IMG/VR virus record: IMGVR_UViG_3300028591_000094
Span: 32,001-96,000 of that record
Length of the DNA stretch: 64,000 nucleotides
Reading direction: 5' to 3' (one strand)
Origin: a virus
Taxonomy: Duplodnaviria; Caudoviricetes
Each line of letters begins with the position of its first letter. The first letter of the stretch is position 1. The notes under the pieces are model-generated. The model was not told the DNA's origin and did not search any database. It was given only the letters and a program-made list of their open reading frames with translations. The translations under genes were made by a program, and so were the position numbers. Below, one piece after another: positions 53,901 through 63,592 of the stretch.

Positions 53901-54842
53901 ATGGCTACACGGGCGACTGAAAAATACAAGGCTTTGGTCGAACTGCGCAAAGCTAAAGCCAAAGCACGGAAAGCAGCTAAACATAAAGCTGAGGTGTTGA
54001 AAGCCTTGGAGAAGAGAAAAGAGGAAACGCGCAAACGACGTCTCAAAAAAAGAAGGGACGCTTACAAGCCTATACACATCAAGAACCTCAGGAAGAAACA
54101 GAACGCTCGAGCTTACAGGAAAAGGCGCCGTATTGAACTAGCCCAGCATAAAGCCAAGGGAGATGTCTACGGGTATTTCAGAATAGTCCTTATGAAAGAC
54201 TACACACAGATTGAGGAACTAGCATCTTCGTGGTGGCTTTTGAGTGCATACTCCAAGTTCGAGAACTACGTTAAAGAGAACCATGACGGGGTTATCTGTG
54301 AAAAACAGGTAATACAATCCGACGACAAGAACGGTGTTCCAATTAAATATGAAATTCTACTATTGAAGAAAATTGACCCTGAAACGGAGGACGGCACCAG
54401 TGAATTGCGGGATAAGAGCGGTAAGTTTGTTGTAAACAGGATTGTAAACAATGAAAAATACACGATTGTAGCCAAGGAGGATTGGTGGATACCTGAGACC
54501 TACAACGTTTACGGATACGACCCGCTGACCGACCGTAAGACTGGGCAGTGGATATTTGACAACATCGTGAACAAAAACTGTTGCAGGGAGAATTTTAAGA
54601 ACATTTTCATGTGCGGTAACAAACTTATTATCCAATACAATACGGACTTTGATTTCGTCGTCTGTAAAAACCCAGACGAATGTATCCGCCTATACAATGG
54701 TCTGATGGCTGCCACTGACCCCAAAAACAAGTTCATTATGTACTCGAACTTTATATCTAAGGGGCGTAAATCGTGGCTATACGACCAAATTGAGGAAAAA
54801 ACTGGCTGGAGAAGGGATGCCATTATGAAAAACAAAGGCTAG
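53901..54842 (+). CDS. Hypothetical protein with highly basic N-terminus
   Basis: 313 aa ORF. Confidence 0.7.
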   Translation: MATRATEKYKALVELRKAKAKARKAAKHKAEVLKALEKRKEETRKRRLKKRRDAYKPIHIKNLRKKQNARAYRKRRRIELAQHKAKGDVYGYFRIVLMKDYTQIEELASSWWLLSAYSKFENYVKENHDGVICEKQVIQSDDKNGVPIKYEILLLKKIDPETEDGTSELRDKSGKFVVNRIVNNEKYTIVAKEDWWIPETYNVYGYDPLTDRKTGQWIFDNIVNKNCCRENFKNIFMCGNKLIIQYNTDFDFVVCKNPDECIRLYNGLMAATDPKNKFIMYSNFISKGRKSWLYDQIEEKTGWRRDAIMKNKG

Positions 54843-54871
54843 ACTATTTATATTTATATAAATGTCAACAT

Positions 54872-55138
54872 ATGAAAAAAAGTTTCCTTTACAAAGTATT
54901 CAGTGAAAAGGGTCAATACCCATCATCGAAAAGGGTTGTTGGCGCTTTCATGATATTCGTTATTATGGTGTGCACAACAATTGCCATTTGCAAGGAAGGT
55001 ATGACTCATTATAACAAGGATGTTATCGAAGTTGAAGTCATCACCGCTGGCGCACTATTAGGTGTATCCACAGTTACTCGAATTTGGAATAAAAACAGTA
55101 ACAATGACGACGGCAGAAAATCTGACGAAGAAGAATAG
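54872..55138 (+). CDS. Small 2-TM protein (SSKR motif), holin-like
   Basis: Two hydrophobic helices; TATTTAT upstream. Confidence 0.55.
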   Translation: MKKSFLYKVFSEKGQYPSSKRVVGAFMIFVIMVCTTIAICKEGMTHYNKDVIEVEVITAGALLGVSTVTRIWNKNSNNDDGRKSDEEE

Positions 55139-55148
55139 AAAAAGGAGG

Positions 55149-55406
55149 TTAGTTAACCTCCTTTTTTGTTAAATGGAACTCAATCCCAAGTACTTTCACG
55201 TTCACCTCATCCCCTGGTTCATAACCAACCATTGTACCTTTCTCTTTCTGATAAAGCTGCTCATCTATCCCGCGCAGGTCGAGTTCGGGAATTGCTAAAC
55301 TGATGGTCAAGCCATCGCGAAAATCCTGCTTATGTTTGGTGTTGAGTAACAACATCTGGCTATCCATAGCCGTTGCTATATTGTATAAATCGTCCAATGA
55401 AACCAT
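55149..55406 (-). CDS. Hypothetical protein
   Basis: ORF in operon. Confidence 0.55.
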   Translation of the reverse strand: MVSLDDLYNIATAMDSQMLLLNTKHKQDFRDGLTISLAIPELDLRGIDEQLYQKEKGTMVGYEPGDEVNVKVLGIEFHLTKKEVN

Positions 55407-55410
55407 GACT

Positions 55411-55632
55411 CTATGATATTGTGTTAGTTATTCTGTCCATAAACTCTTTGAAACGTACCTTGAACGGCTTCTTGAGTTTTTTCGGCTGGCTGACTGCCTG
55501 TACGAGATTTTCCCTTTTCATCTTCTGGATACTCTTGATTGTCTCGGTGATATAGTCGTTGGCTATCAGATTGGTTTTATCATCCAGTTCGTCTTCTTCG
55601 CGAATTGCATCATATTCTTCGTTGCCTTTCAC
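55411..55632 (-). CDS. Hypothetical protein
   Basis: ORF in operon. Confidence 0.55.
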   Translation of the reverse strand: MKGNEEYDAIREEDELDDKTNLIANDYITETIKSIQKMKRENLVQAVSQPKKLKKPFKVRFKEFMDRITNTIS

Positions 55633-55634
55633 AC

Positions 55635-56018
55635 CTATTCCTCCTCATTTTCATTGTCATAGTCCACCACCCCGTGACGTTCACACGCCTCTTCAAAATT
55701 GTGCATAATCCACACCATACCACTTGTAAATCCAGCATCCAAAATTGGTATCAGCCACCAGAGACCACTACCGAACAAGATTATATTAAACGGTGTAAAG
55801 ACTATTGTCGGCAGTAAAATGTCAACAACACTTAAGACCAGTCCAACCCAGGTTGAAAAGCACATCATGCAACCGAAAAGGTCTCCGAGTCCTGAACTGA
55901 TTCGTTTGGCAAGTTTGCGGATTTTCGCGAATATTCCCCAAGGTCCTTCAGCATATACAAACATGTTGGTTATGCCGTAAGCCAGGAAGATGTAACAGAA
56001 TGTTGTTAATGCTATCAT
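55635..56018 (-). CDS. DUF1360-like membrane protein (paralog 1)
   Basis: GP.GIF..R and LF.CMMCFSTW. Confidence 0.7.
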   Translation of the reverse strand: MIALTTFCYIFLAYGITNMFVYAEGPWGIFAKIRKLAKRISSGLGDLFGCMMCFSTWVGLVLSVVDILLPTIVFTPFNIILFGSGLWWLIPILDAGFTSGMVWIMHNFEEACERHGVVDYDNENEEE

Positions 56019-56039
56019 TGATATTGTCTTAAAATTGTA

Positions 56040-56420
56040 TTATTCTAATTCTTCGTCTTCGTATTCCACCGTGCCGTGCCGTTCACACGCTTCTTCAAAA
56101 TTATGGATGAGCCATACAATACCACTTGTAAACCCAGCATCCAGAATAAGTATCAACCACCATGGCGCCACCGCACCCAATAGAATATTGAAGGGTGTAA
56201 AAGCAAAACTCTTGAATAGGAGGTCAATTCCACTGAAAAACAACCCAATCCAGGTTGAAAAGCACATCATGCAAGTGAAAAGTTTGCCAAAGTTCTCTCC
56301 TATATTGTGTGCAACAGCACGCCACCACTCGAAGATACCCCAAGGTCCTTCGGCGTAAGCGAACATGTTCGCTATGCCATAGGCACATATAATATAGCAA
56401 AAAATAAATAGGAACTTCAT
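56040..56420 (-). CDS. DUF1360-like membrane protein (paralog 2)
   Basis: Tandem duplicate of 55635..56018. Confidence 0.7.
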   Translation of the reverse strand: MKFLFIFCYIICAYGIANMFAYAEGPWGIFEWWRAVAHNIGENFGKLFTCMMCFSTWIGLFFSGIDLLFKSFAFTPFNILLGAVAPWWLILILDAGFTSGIVWLIHNFEEACERHGTVEYEDEELE

Positions 56421-56421
56421 G

Positions 56422-56970
56422 TTATTTCTTGTTTAACGCTTTGGCAATTTTCTGGTCAATGTCGCTGACCGTGGCAACTGGCGCCTCGGCTTTGGCCCCC
56501 GTCGCCTCTTTTGGTTTCTCAATATTGTTCGGTTCCTCGGTGATGGGCTGGTCTGCTGGTATGGGTTCAGCAGCTTTTGCTTGCTTGACTGTCTTCTTTT
56601 TGGTTTTCCCTGGTATTACGAATTGTAATGTCGAAAGACGCTCATATGTCTCGTTAGACAGAAACAGGTCTTTAAGTTCCTGGACTTTGACTTTGTAGAG
56701 TTCTATTTTTTTCTCAAACTCCTTGTTTACATTTATTGTTTCCTCGATTACATCGAACACCATGTCGGTATCCTCGATGTTCGCAACATACCAATAGAAA
56801 TTTTTAATGCTTTTATCCTCAGCAAACGCCACACGCTCGGGGTCTTGGGGTTTGATAATAGTCCAGCCACTCTTATATTTTATTTTCAATATAAAAGTCC
56901 CATCCTTGAATGTTATGTCAGGGCGGAAAGCCTCTATCGCTTTGATTCTATCTTGCAGGCTTCTTCCCAT
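56422..56970 (-). CDS. Hypothetical protein
   Basis: 182 aa ORF. Confidence 0.65.
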   Translation of the reverse strand: MGRSLQDRIKAIEAFRPDITFKDGTFILKIKYKSGWTIIKPQDPERVAFAEDKSIKNFYWYVANIEDTDMVFDVIEETINVNKEFEKKIELYKVKVQELKDLFLSNETYERLSTLQFVIPGKTKKKTVKQAKAAEPIPADQPITEEPNNIEKPKEATGAKAEAPVATVSDIDQKIAKALNKK

Positions 56971-57152
56971 TACAGTCCGAAAAATATTATAGTCATTATA
57001 TAAGCAATGGAAGACATTGTCAACAATGTACGCACAGTTTTAGACTCGTATTTGGAGCCACTCTTGAATGCCACATAGAATCTCCAAATCTCTTTGATAA
57101 GATTAAGACTGGCGAGAATCAATATGAAACACAATATCATACTTTTTATCAT
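56970..57152 (-). CDS. Small membrane protein
   Basis: Two hydrophobic segments. Confidence 0.55.
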   Translation of the reverse strand: MIKSMILCFILILASLNLIKEIWRFYVAFKSGSKYESKTVRTLLTMSSIAYIMTIIFFGL

Positions 57153-57221
57153 AATGTTACAATTTTACTTTCTATGACTATTACTAATATACAAAAATTT
57201 CTCCAGTGAACTACACCGAAA

Positions 57222-58409
57222 CTAAAGATTTCGGTGCTTCTGACTTCCTTGACAGTTGCGTTCCGAAGAATGTCTTACACCGTCTCCATCAGTGTAATCG
57301 ACCGTCCCAGCCGATATATTTCTTAATCCTTCTTTAAGAATGTTTTTTGCGGCATTGATGTCTCTGTTATGTATTGTTCCGCATTGAGGGCATATCCATT
57401 CCCTAACCGACAAATCTTTCACTTTGCCGTTAACATAACCGCATTCATTACAAGTCTGACTTGAAGGATAGAACCTATCTATCTTCACTATCTGTTTATT
57501 GTTCAAGTCAGCCTTGTATTGAAGATATGTTACAAAAGTACCCCAACTTGCGTCTTGAATATGCTTAGCCAACTTATGATTCTTAACCATACCCTTAATG
57601 TTTAGGTCTTCAAGACAAATTATGTCATATTTCCTAATCAAATCGGTTGATACTTTATGTAGATTATCATTACGGGAATTAGCAATCATTTCTTGAAGCT
57701 TGGCAACCTTGAGTCTTTGTTTTTCGTACTCATTACTACCATATTGCTTTCTTGAAAGGTGTTTTTGAGCAATTGCTAACTTTCGTTGATATTTCTTTGT
57801 ATATCTATTATTTTTATATGTTTTTCCATCAGATGTTATTACGAAATCCTTTAAACCAAGGTCAATACCAACTTGTTTGTTTGATTTTGGTAAAGGCTCA
57901 TACATTTGTTCAGTCAACAAACTGACATAATACTTACCAGTAGTTGTAAGTGATATTGTTGCTGAGTTAATCTTACCTTCAACTTGGCGATGCTGTCTGA
58001 CCTTGATACCTTCCTTGAATTTCGGAAAGTACACCTTGCCGTCTTTCAATTCAACAAACTGAGGAACTGAAAAACTGTTTCTGCTCTTTTTGCTTTTGAA
58101 ATTAGGGAATTTGGCATTGCCTCTGAAAAAATTAACATAAGCTGTTTCAAGATGCCTTAATGTATGTTGAAGTGTCTGACTGTTGATTTCTTTCAACCAA
58201 AGATGCTCACCATCTTTTTTCAGTTCAGTTAATTTCTTTGCTTGTTCATAATAATTATCTGATTTATACGTTTCATCATACTGACGTTTCCGTTCAGATA
58301 AGAAATAGTTGTATACAAACCTAACAGACCCAAAATGTTTTGCCAACAAAACTTTTTGTTCCGCATTTGGCTCAAGTCTGAATTTATATGTTTTATACAC
58401 AACCTTCAT
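57222..58409 (-). CDS. tnpB: TnpB RNA-guided endonuclease
   Basis: GIDLG, LEDLN, PSSQTC, NRDINAA. Confidence 0.95.
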   Translation of the reverse strand: MKVVYKTYKFRLEPNAEQKVLLAKHFGSVRFVYNYFLSERKRQYDETYKSDNYYEQAKKLTELKKDGEHLWLKEINSQTLQHTLRHLETAYVNFFRGNAKFPNFKSKKSRNSFSVPQFVELKDGKVYFPKFKEGIKVRQHRQVEGKINSATISLTTTGKYYVSLLTEQMYEPLPKSNKQVGIDLGLKDFVITSDGKTYKNNRYTKKYQRKLAIAQKHLSRKQYGSNEYEKQRLKVAKLQEMIANSRNDNLHKVSTDLIRKYDIICLEDLNIKGMVKNHKLAKHIQDASWGTFVTYLQYKADLNNKQIVKIDRFYPSSQTCNECGYVNGKVKDLSVREWICPQCGTIHNRDINAAKNILKEGLRNISAGTVDYTDGDGVRHSSERNCQGSQKHRNL

Positions 58410-58499
58410 ATATAATAAGTATCACTAATTTACAAAAAATTGCAAGTTTTTGTAAATATTTTTTACTAACTATTACAAATATACAACTTTTTTTTGATT

Positions 58500-58904
58500 A
58501 TGCAAAACAATTATGCCAGTAATTCGCACTGTAAGTACTATTTGAAAGTTCACTTAATCTTTGTTACAAAATATAGAAAAAATCTGTTGGTCAATGGATT
58601 GGATACTTGGCTTAAGAGTAAATTTGAATACATTTCAAATGGTTGTGATTTTTCAATTGACATTATGGAAACCGACAAAAATCATATCCACTTACTTGTT
58701 AGTTATCCCCCATCAATTTCAGTATCTTCCATTGTCAGGAAATTGAAACAAAAAAGTACTGTTGACATATGGAAACATTTTCACACCATTATGAGATTGG
58801 AATTTTGGAAAGAGAATACCTTTTGGAGTGATGGCTATTTTGCTTGTTCAATAGGTGAAGCATCACCAGAAACAATCAGAAAGTATATTGAGAACCAAGG
58901 TTAG
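58500..58904 (+). CDS. tnpA: IS200 Y1 transposase TnpA
   Basis: HLIFVTKYR, HIH (HUH), FWSDGY, YIENQ. Confidence 0.95.
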   Translation: MQNNYASNSHCKYYLKVHLIFVTKYRKNLLVNGLDTWLKSKFEYISNGCDFSIDIMETDKNHIHLLVSYPPSISVSSIVRKLKQKSTVDIWKHFHTIMRLEFWKENTFWSDGYFACSIGEASPETIRKYIENQG

Positions 58905-59027
58905 TTTCAATTCATCCCCGAAACTAAAGATTTCGGGGTTTTCTTGAAAAAAATAGATAAAGCAAAAAAAAGCGAAGGCTTTTTTCAGCGCTTCGCTTCC
59001 ACTCTATCTTTTCTCTACGCAATTCTC

Positions 59028-59705
59028 TTATTTTTCATCCAAAAGTATCGACAGTTTCTGCGAATAGACCGCAAGGTCTTGCATCAGCTGTGCTGTCTCG
59101 GTAGGTTCCCCACCGCACCATATCACGCCGAAATAGCCTATTACATTGTCCTTTCCGTGCAATGTGTATCCGCATATATATGTTGAGTTGTTCACCAAGA
59201 GGCGGTCGGCGAATTTTTCGTCAATCTTGCTGAGGTCGGTCACCTTTCCGCAGAACGCATTGTGTTCATACATGAAATTCGGAAATGAAAGCCTCGAAAG
59301 GTTGAACTGTGTATAGTCGGCGTCCACTGGCAGAATACCATCGCGACAGACCTCGTAGGTCATCTCGCCGTATATGAACGGGAGTCCAGCCACGTTCTTG
59401 GTACCATTGTGCATTTCCACTATGCAGACGCGGTCGGCGCCATATTTGTAGAGCACCTCGCTCAGGTAGTTGTCGATTTTGGGACTGTTGGCATAACGCT
59501 TCTCAACCGCCTTGTCGTGTTCCTCAACCTGGGCGCGCTGGTTGTCACTTATCGCACGCTGCACGACCTTGTCGATATTGAACAGCTGCACAGTTGTGAA
59601 CACAACACATGCAAAAATTATTATATACCCAATGGTTCTTGCAAATCCGAAGTTTTTAATCAACTTGATAAGCGGGTCGATGAATTTCACTAAAGTTGTC
59701 CACAT
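59028..59705 (-). CDS. Membrane-anchored protein with GAF-like C-terminal domain (possible T4 T-like holin)
   Basis: Single N-terminal TM; ADRV..EMHNG motif. Confidence 0.5.
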   Translation of the reverse strand: MWTTLVKFIDPLIKLIKNFGFARTIGYIIIFACVVFTTVQLFNIDKVVQRAISDNQRAQVEEHDKAVEKRYANSPKIDNYLSEVLYKYGADRVCIVEMHNGTKNVAGLPFIYGEMTYEVCRDGILPVDADYTQFNLSRLSFPNFMYEHNAFCGKVTDLSKIDEKFADRLLVNNSTYICGYTLHGKDNVIGYFGVIWCGGEPTETAQLMQDLAVYSQKLSILLDEK

Positions 59706-59729
59706 TTTTCATATACGAAATTTAATTGT

Positions 59730-60581
59730 TTATTGCAGATGGCTTCTGAAATCGCGTATGCTTTCCGACATGTCGCCACACCCGTTACGGTCAACTTTCT
59801 TATTGTCGTCGCTGTAGCTGTAGTCGGCGAGCTTGCGCATTTTCTCCAACTCTTCGTTGATGGCTGTTTTGTTGAATTTGTTAACAACTTCCATGTGGAT
59901 GTACCCGAACGGGTCTGTTGTGCATTCAACCAGGTAGTCCGTACCTGTCTTGTCTCGCATATAAAATTTGTTTTCGTCAATCTTGTAATCCTCTGGAACC
60001 TTTGCAAGCACCTGCGACTCGTTAAGGAATGTAGTGTTTTTGAACACAAGTCTCTTAGTGGGTTTGCTTTCGTTCACTTTCTTGAAAGCTGTGTTCGGCT
60101 CATAGTCCTTGCCCTTACGCTCCATTTCCCTGGCTTTCAGACCTGTCGAGGCTTCCATTTCTCTGTTGTCAGCCATCACTTTGTTGGTCTTTGCCCTCTG
60201 GTCGAAGAATTTCTTGTTTCCCTCGGTGTCGTGGTATTCTGCAAGGTCGTTGTGCTCCATGTTGTATTTTGACGGATACCCGCAGGCTTGTGCATACCAC
60301 CTCTCCTTAGTCTCCTTTGGAACCTCTGTTTCGAAATACGCGTCCATCGGCGTCTTGTTGTAGTCGATATAATGCGTGTCTTTCGGTTTGCGTGGCTGTT
60401 CATTGCGACCTTCCTTGTCATACTCTTCAGCGTTCTTACGAATGTCTTCAACAGCCTTTTCGTTCTCGTTACTACCACGTTTCGCACCGTTGCCGAATTT
60501 AGGTTTAAATTCGTTCTTGGGTGTGCTTGCCTCGCTTAATTGTAGCAACTCTCCTACTGTATAGTGCTCTTCGAGTTTCAT
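59730..60581 (-). CDS. Hypothetical late protein (probable head-internal)
   Basis: LSE, VNE, LNE and INE motifs. Confidence 0.6.
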   Translation of the reverse strand: MKLEEHYTVGELLQLSEASTPKNEFKPKFGNGAKRGSNENEKAVEDIRKNAEEYDKEGRNEQPRKPKDTHYIDYNKTPMDAYFETEVPKETKERWYAQACGYPSKYNMEHNDLAEYHDTEGNKKFFDQRAKTNKVMADNREMEASTGLKAREMERKGKDYEPNTAFKKVNESKPTKRLVFKNTTFLNESQVLAKVPEDYKIDENKFYMRDKTGTDYLVECTTDPFGYIHMEVVNKFNKTAINEELEKMRKLADYSYSDDNKKVDRNGCGDMSESIRDFRSHLQ

Positions 60582-60613
60582 TATTGTGTTGTTATATGTT
60601 GCTTTATTTGCTT

Positions 60614-60808
60614 TTAAAACAATCTGGCGCCTGTATTCAGTTTCAATCCAGCAATCATCCTGGCATACATCAGTTCGAACTCTCGGTCTGGATTCCTGTC
60701 CTCTGGCGACTTGCTCTGTTCCTCTAAAAGTTTGGTTTCCAAGTCATCCATTTTCTCCACAACTTTTGCTCTCTCAAAATCACCGCTATAACCGTATAAA
60801 TCCGCCAT
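60614..60808 (-). CDS. Small hypothetical late protein
   Basis: TATTTAT upstream. Confidence 0.55.
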   Translation of the reverse strand: MADLYGYSGDFERAKVVEKMDDLETKLLEEQSKSPEDRNPDREFELMYARMIAGLKLNTGARLF

Positions 60809-60838
60809 TTTGCTTTTTATTATAAATAGTCTCGATTA

Positions 60839-62557
60839 TTATTTTTTACTAGTTTTGTGTCCTGGAAACTTGACAGTTCCGAAATATTTACCACATTTGC
60901 TACATTTGTATATCGGTTCTCCGCAGATGTAGGTTCCAACCTTGGCGCCGCATTCCGTACAGTTTTCAGGTACTACTTCACCTTCGTCATTCCTCACAAC
61001 TTTTCTCTTTTTCTTGCCTTCACTCACATTGCTGTGACCCACTCTATCGTGCATACCACAGGTATCACCAGGAGTTCTGTCGGCTGTCTCGGCATCAATG
61101 AAGGCTGGGGCGTCGAACTCACCAGGTAAACCACCTGTCCCAGAAGCGGTTGCTTCGTTCACCGACTTACCTTTCGGTCGGAAACTTTTCACAAAATTGC
61201 GACAAGACCAAGCCCATTCATAATCGTCCACTTTGGACAATGGAATCCATCTGAATTTGCTGTTTTCGCCGTCGCCCTCGGATGGTTTATAATCACTGGT
61301 TTTACCTGGAAGATAAATCTTGAAGTTGATACCCCAATCCTCTTTGCTGGCTAACACCAAATCTTTCTTGTTTAATTTAATTCCCGATTCCTCCTCACAC
61401 TCTCTGACAGCACCATCCTCTGGCGATTCATATTTATGCCTATGACCCATCGGGGGGTTCATCTTACCACCCTCATCGTCCCAGTCCTTGTTTCTTTTCG
61501 CTGCCAAAACACACCATTCGCCATCATTATTCTTGGCATACAGATACACCGCCGATGATTTTCTGCCATCTTCACCAGTTACAGCTTCATTCAGACCACC
61601 GCCAAACGCCGTCCTAATTGTTTCCTTGACTGTTTTCGTAGAAAGTAGGTAGTCCATCTCAACCGTACTGTACACCCGAGTCATTGTGCCATTATTAAGC
61701 TGCACTTGTTTTGGCATATATCCTAACAAAGCTTTGAACTTCGGGTCGAAAATATCGTGGAGATAAGACAAATCACTTTTTTTAATGTCTGTACCACACT
61801 TCTTGTTTATCTGACCGAGGTATCTGCCGAGAGGGGCATGCGACTGACCATTGAGATAAATGTGACCATAAGCCTCTCTCAACGTATAAGGGTCACCGCC
61901 AACTTTACGTTTTGTACTATGAGAACTCCCCCCTAAAGGCTGGATAAACTCACCACTTCCGAAACCGTTTCCATCAACACCAGAACAACTGGTAGCGCCC
62001 CCTCCATCCTCATCTAGCTGTTTTTCTTTTACCTTTGCATTAAGTGCTTCCGCAGCGTCGTCAAAAAACTTGCCCATGCCATATTTGGGATTAGCTTTGG
62101 TATGAACGCCGCCGCTTATCACACCCATTGTCAGGGGTGACGATTTGATTGCACGTAACTGGTCTTGGTAAGGGTCGTGTTCAAACAACCCCTCGTTTAT
62201 TTTACCCTCCGTCTCAGGAAAAAGCGCATCGTACAATGAATCCAGTTTCTCGTTAAACCCATCCTTCGGCACACTGTATTTGACAATCATTTTTGCTGTA
62301 TGGGGGTTGCCGTCCTGGTCATGGTCGCTTATTGTCATTTTCTTGGTGATAACCTTGCCATCCTCCAGTGACTTGATGAGTTTGTTTTTGTCCAAACCGT
62401 GATGTGTGAATATAATGTCAGGCTCCGTACCAACGGGGTCTTCCAGTAAAGACGCCAGGAACTTTTTGATATTCGCCTTGAATTTGAACTGGGTCATAGC
62501 CAGCATATCCTGTATGGCGTCGGCTTGCGATTCGTTGATTATGATAGTTCTAGCCAT
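60839..62557 (-). CDS. Multidomain late protein with NUDIX domain and C-terminal zinc ribbon
   Basis: G....ESP.D.AVRECEEESG; CTECG/CSKCG. Confidence 0.75.
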   Translation of the reverse strand: MARTIIINESQADAIQDMLAMTQFKFKANIKKFLASLLEDPVGTEPDIIFTHHGLDKNKLIKSLEDGKVITKKMTISDHDQDGNPHTAKMIVKYSVPKDGFNEKLDSLYDALFPETEGKINEGLFEHDPYQDQLRAIKSSPLTMGVISGGVHTKANPKYGMGKFFDDAAEALNAKVKEKQLDEDGGGATSCSGVDGNGFGSGEFIQPLGGSSHSTKRKVGGDPYTLREAYGHIYLNGQSHAPLGRYLGQINKKCGTDIKKSDLSYLHDIFDPKFKALLGYMPKQVQLNNGTMTRVYSTVEMDYLLSTKTVKETIRTAFGGGLNEAVTGEDGRKSSAVYLYAKNNDGEWCVLAAKRNKDWDDEGGKMNPPMGHRHKYESPEDGAVRECEEESGIKLNKKDLVLASKEDWGINFKIYLPGKTSDYKPSEGDGENSKFRWIPLSKVDDYEWAWSCRNFVKSFRPKGKSVNEATASGTGGLPGEFDAPAFIDAETADRTPGDTCGMHDRVGHSNVSEGKKKRKVVRNDEGEVVPENCTECGAKVGTYICGEPIYKCSKCGKYFGTVKFPGHKTSKK

Positions 62558-62562
62558 GTTTG

Positions 62563-62817
62563 TTACTTCTTTTTTAACATTGTCGTCCAGAATGACTTCT
62601 TCGCCCACATGTTTTCAATAAACTCCTTGAAAGCGTCAACCACTATATTATGAACCCTTTTCTGAAACTCCCTGCTTTTCGTGTAAGCCTCAATTTCATC
62701 TTCAACCTGTCCCCTGGTCATATCCTCGTTGATATAACTGCTACGCAAACACTCTTTGAAAGCCTCCATTACAAGGTTCTCAATCTCTTTATCTGTTAGT
62801 TTAACGAATTTCTTCAT
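62563..62817 (-). CDS. Small late protein with KLT..E...L..E leader
   Basis: MKKFVKLTDKEIENLVMEA resembles the N-terminus of 529..1200. Confidence 0.6.
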   Translation of the reverse strand: MKKFVKLTDKEIENLVMEAFKECLRSSYINEDMTRGQVEDEIEAYTKSREFQKRVHNIVVDAFKEFIENMWAKKSFWTTMLKKK

Positions 62818-62914
62818 GCTTAGATATAATATATATTTATAAATAGTTAAACACAAGAAAAAAGGAGGCTGAAATTCAGTCTCCTTTAAAAAGTTGGTTT
62901 GCCTGATTGACTGT

Positions 62915-63568
62915 CTAGTCCAGGTCGTCACCTGCTATCACACGGCGGGTTGTTTCAACAATGTCGTCGCCGCGTCTGAGTTTGCGTTCCATCATCGGCT
63001 GCTGACCCCCCATGTCTCCACCAGCTGGAGGTGCTGCCTGTGAAGCATCCGCCTGTTGCTGAGTATCGACGTTCTTGGCTGCCTGATTTACATCACCCTG
63101 ATTGTTTTTTACCATGTCGTTAGGGTCTTGATAATTCGACGGCTTGCAGTCTTCCGATTTGGAGATTTCGTCGCGCCAGTTCTTGCATACACCGTTTACT
63201 TTCTGTAATATTTGTATGGTTTTGTCAGATATTGGAAGATATGGGTTTGACCACACATAACATCCAGCACCGTCGCCAACCTTGTATCTGAACTGAAACT
63301 TGGCGTCGTTCATCTCGGGGATGATGCCACTCAATGTTATATCTCCGTCGGTTGGGTAATAGAGCATTGGGTTTTTGATGTTGTTGAAATCAGCTCCGAA
63401 CTCCTGTTTGGCTGATGCCAGTACGTTGGTCATAAGAGTATCCTGCTGAGTGTATGGTATAGCATCTGGCTGTTCGGTGTTCTTACTATCCAGCTTGGTT
63501 TCTGGTTGGATTTGTTCCGACTCCCTTAACAATTTGAAAGATTCGTAAATATCACTGTTACGGTTCAT
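62915..63568 (-). CDS. Hypothetical protein
   Basis: 217 aa ORF. Confidence 0.65.
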   Translation of the reverse strand: MNRNSDIYESFKLLRESEQIQPETKLDSKNTEQPDAIPYTQQDTLMTNVLASAKQEFGADFNNIKNPMLYYPTDGDITLSGIIPEMNDAKFQFRYKVGDGAGCYVWSNPYLPISDKTIQILQKVNGVCKNWRDEISKSEDCKPSNYQDPNDMVKNNQGDVNQAAKNVDTQQQADASQAAPPAGGDMGGQQPMMERKLRRGDDIVETTRRVIAGDDLD

Positions 63569-63592
63569 GATTTATTTATGTATTTGTGTTGA

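Larger units (their letters stand above)
57206..58946. mobile_element. IS200/IS605-family element (divergent tnpA and tnpB)
   Basis: Subterminal hairpins CCGAAACTAAAGATTTCGG at both ends; lower GC than flanks. Confidence 0.92.
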
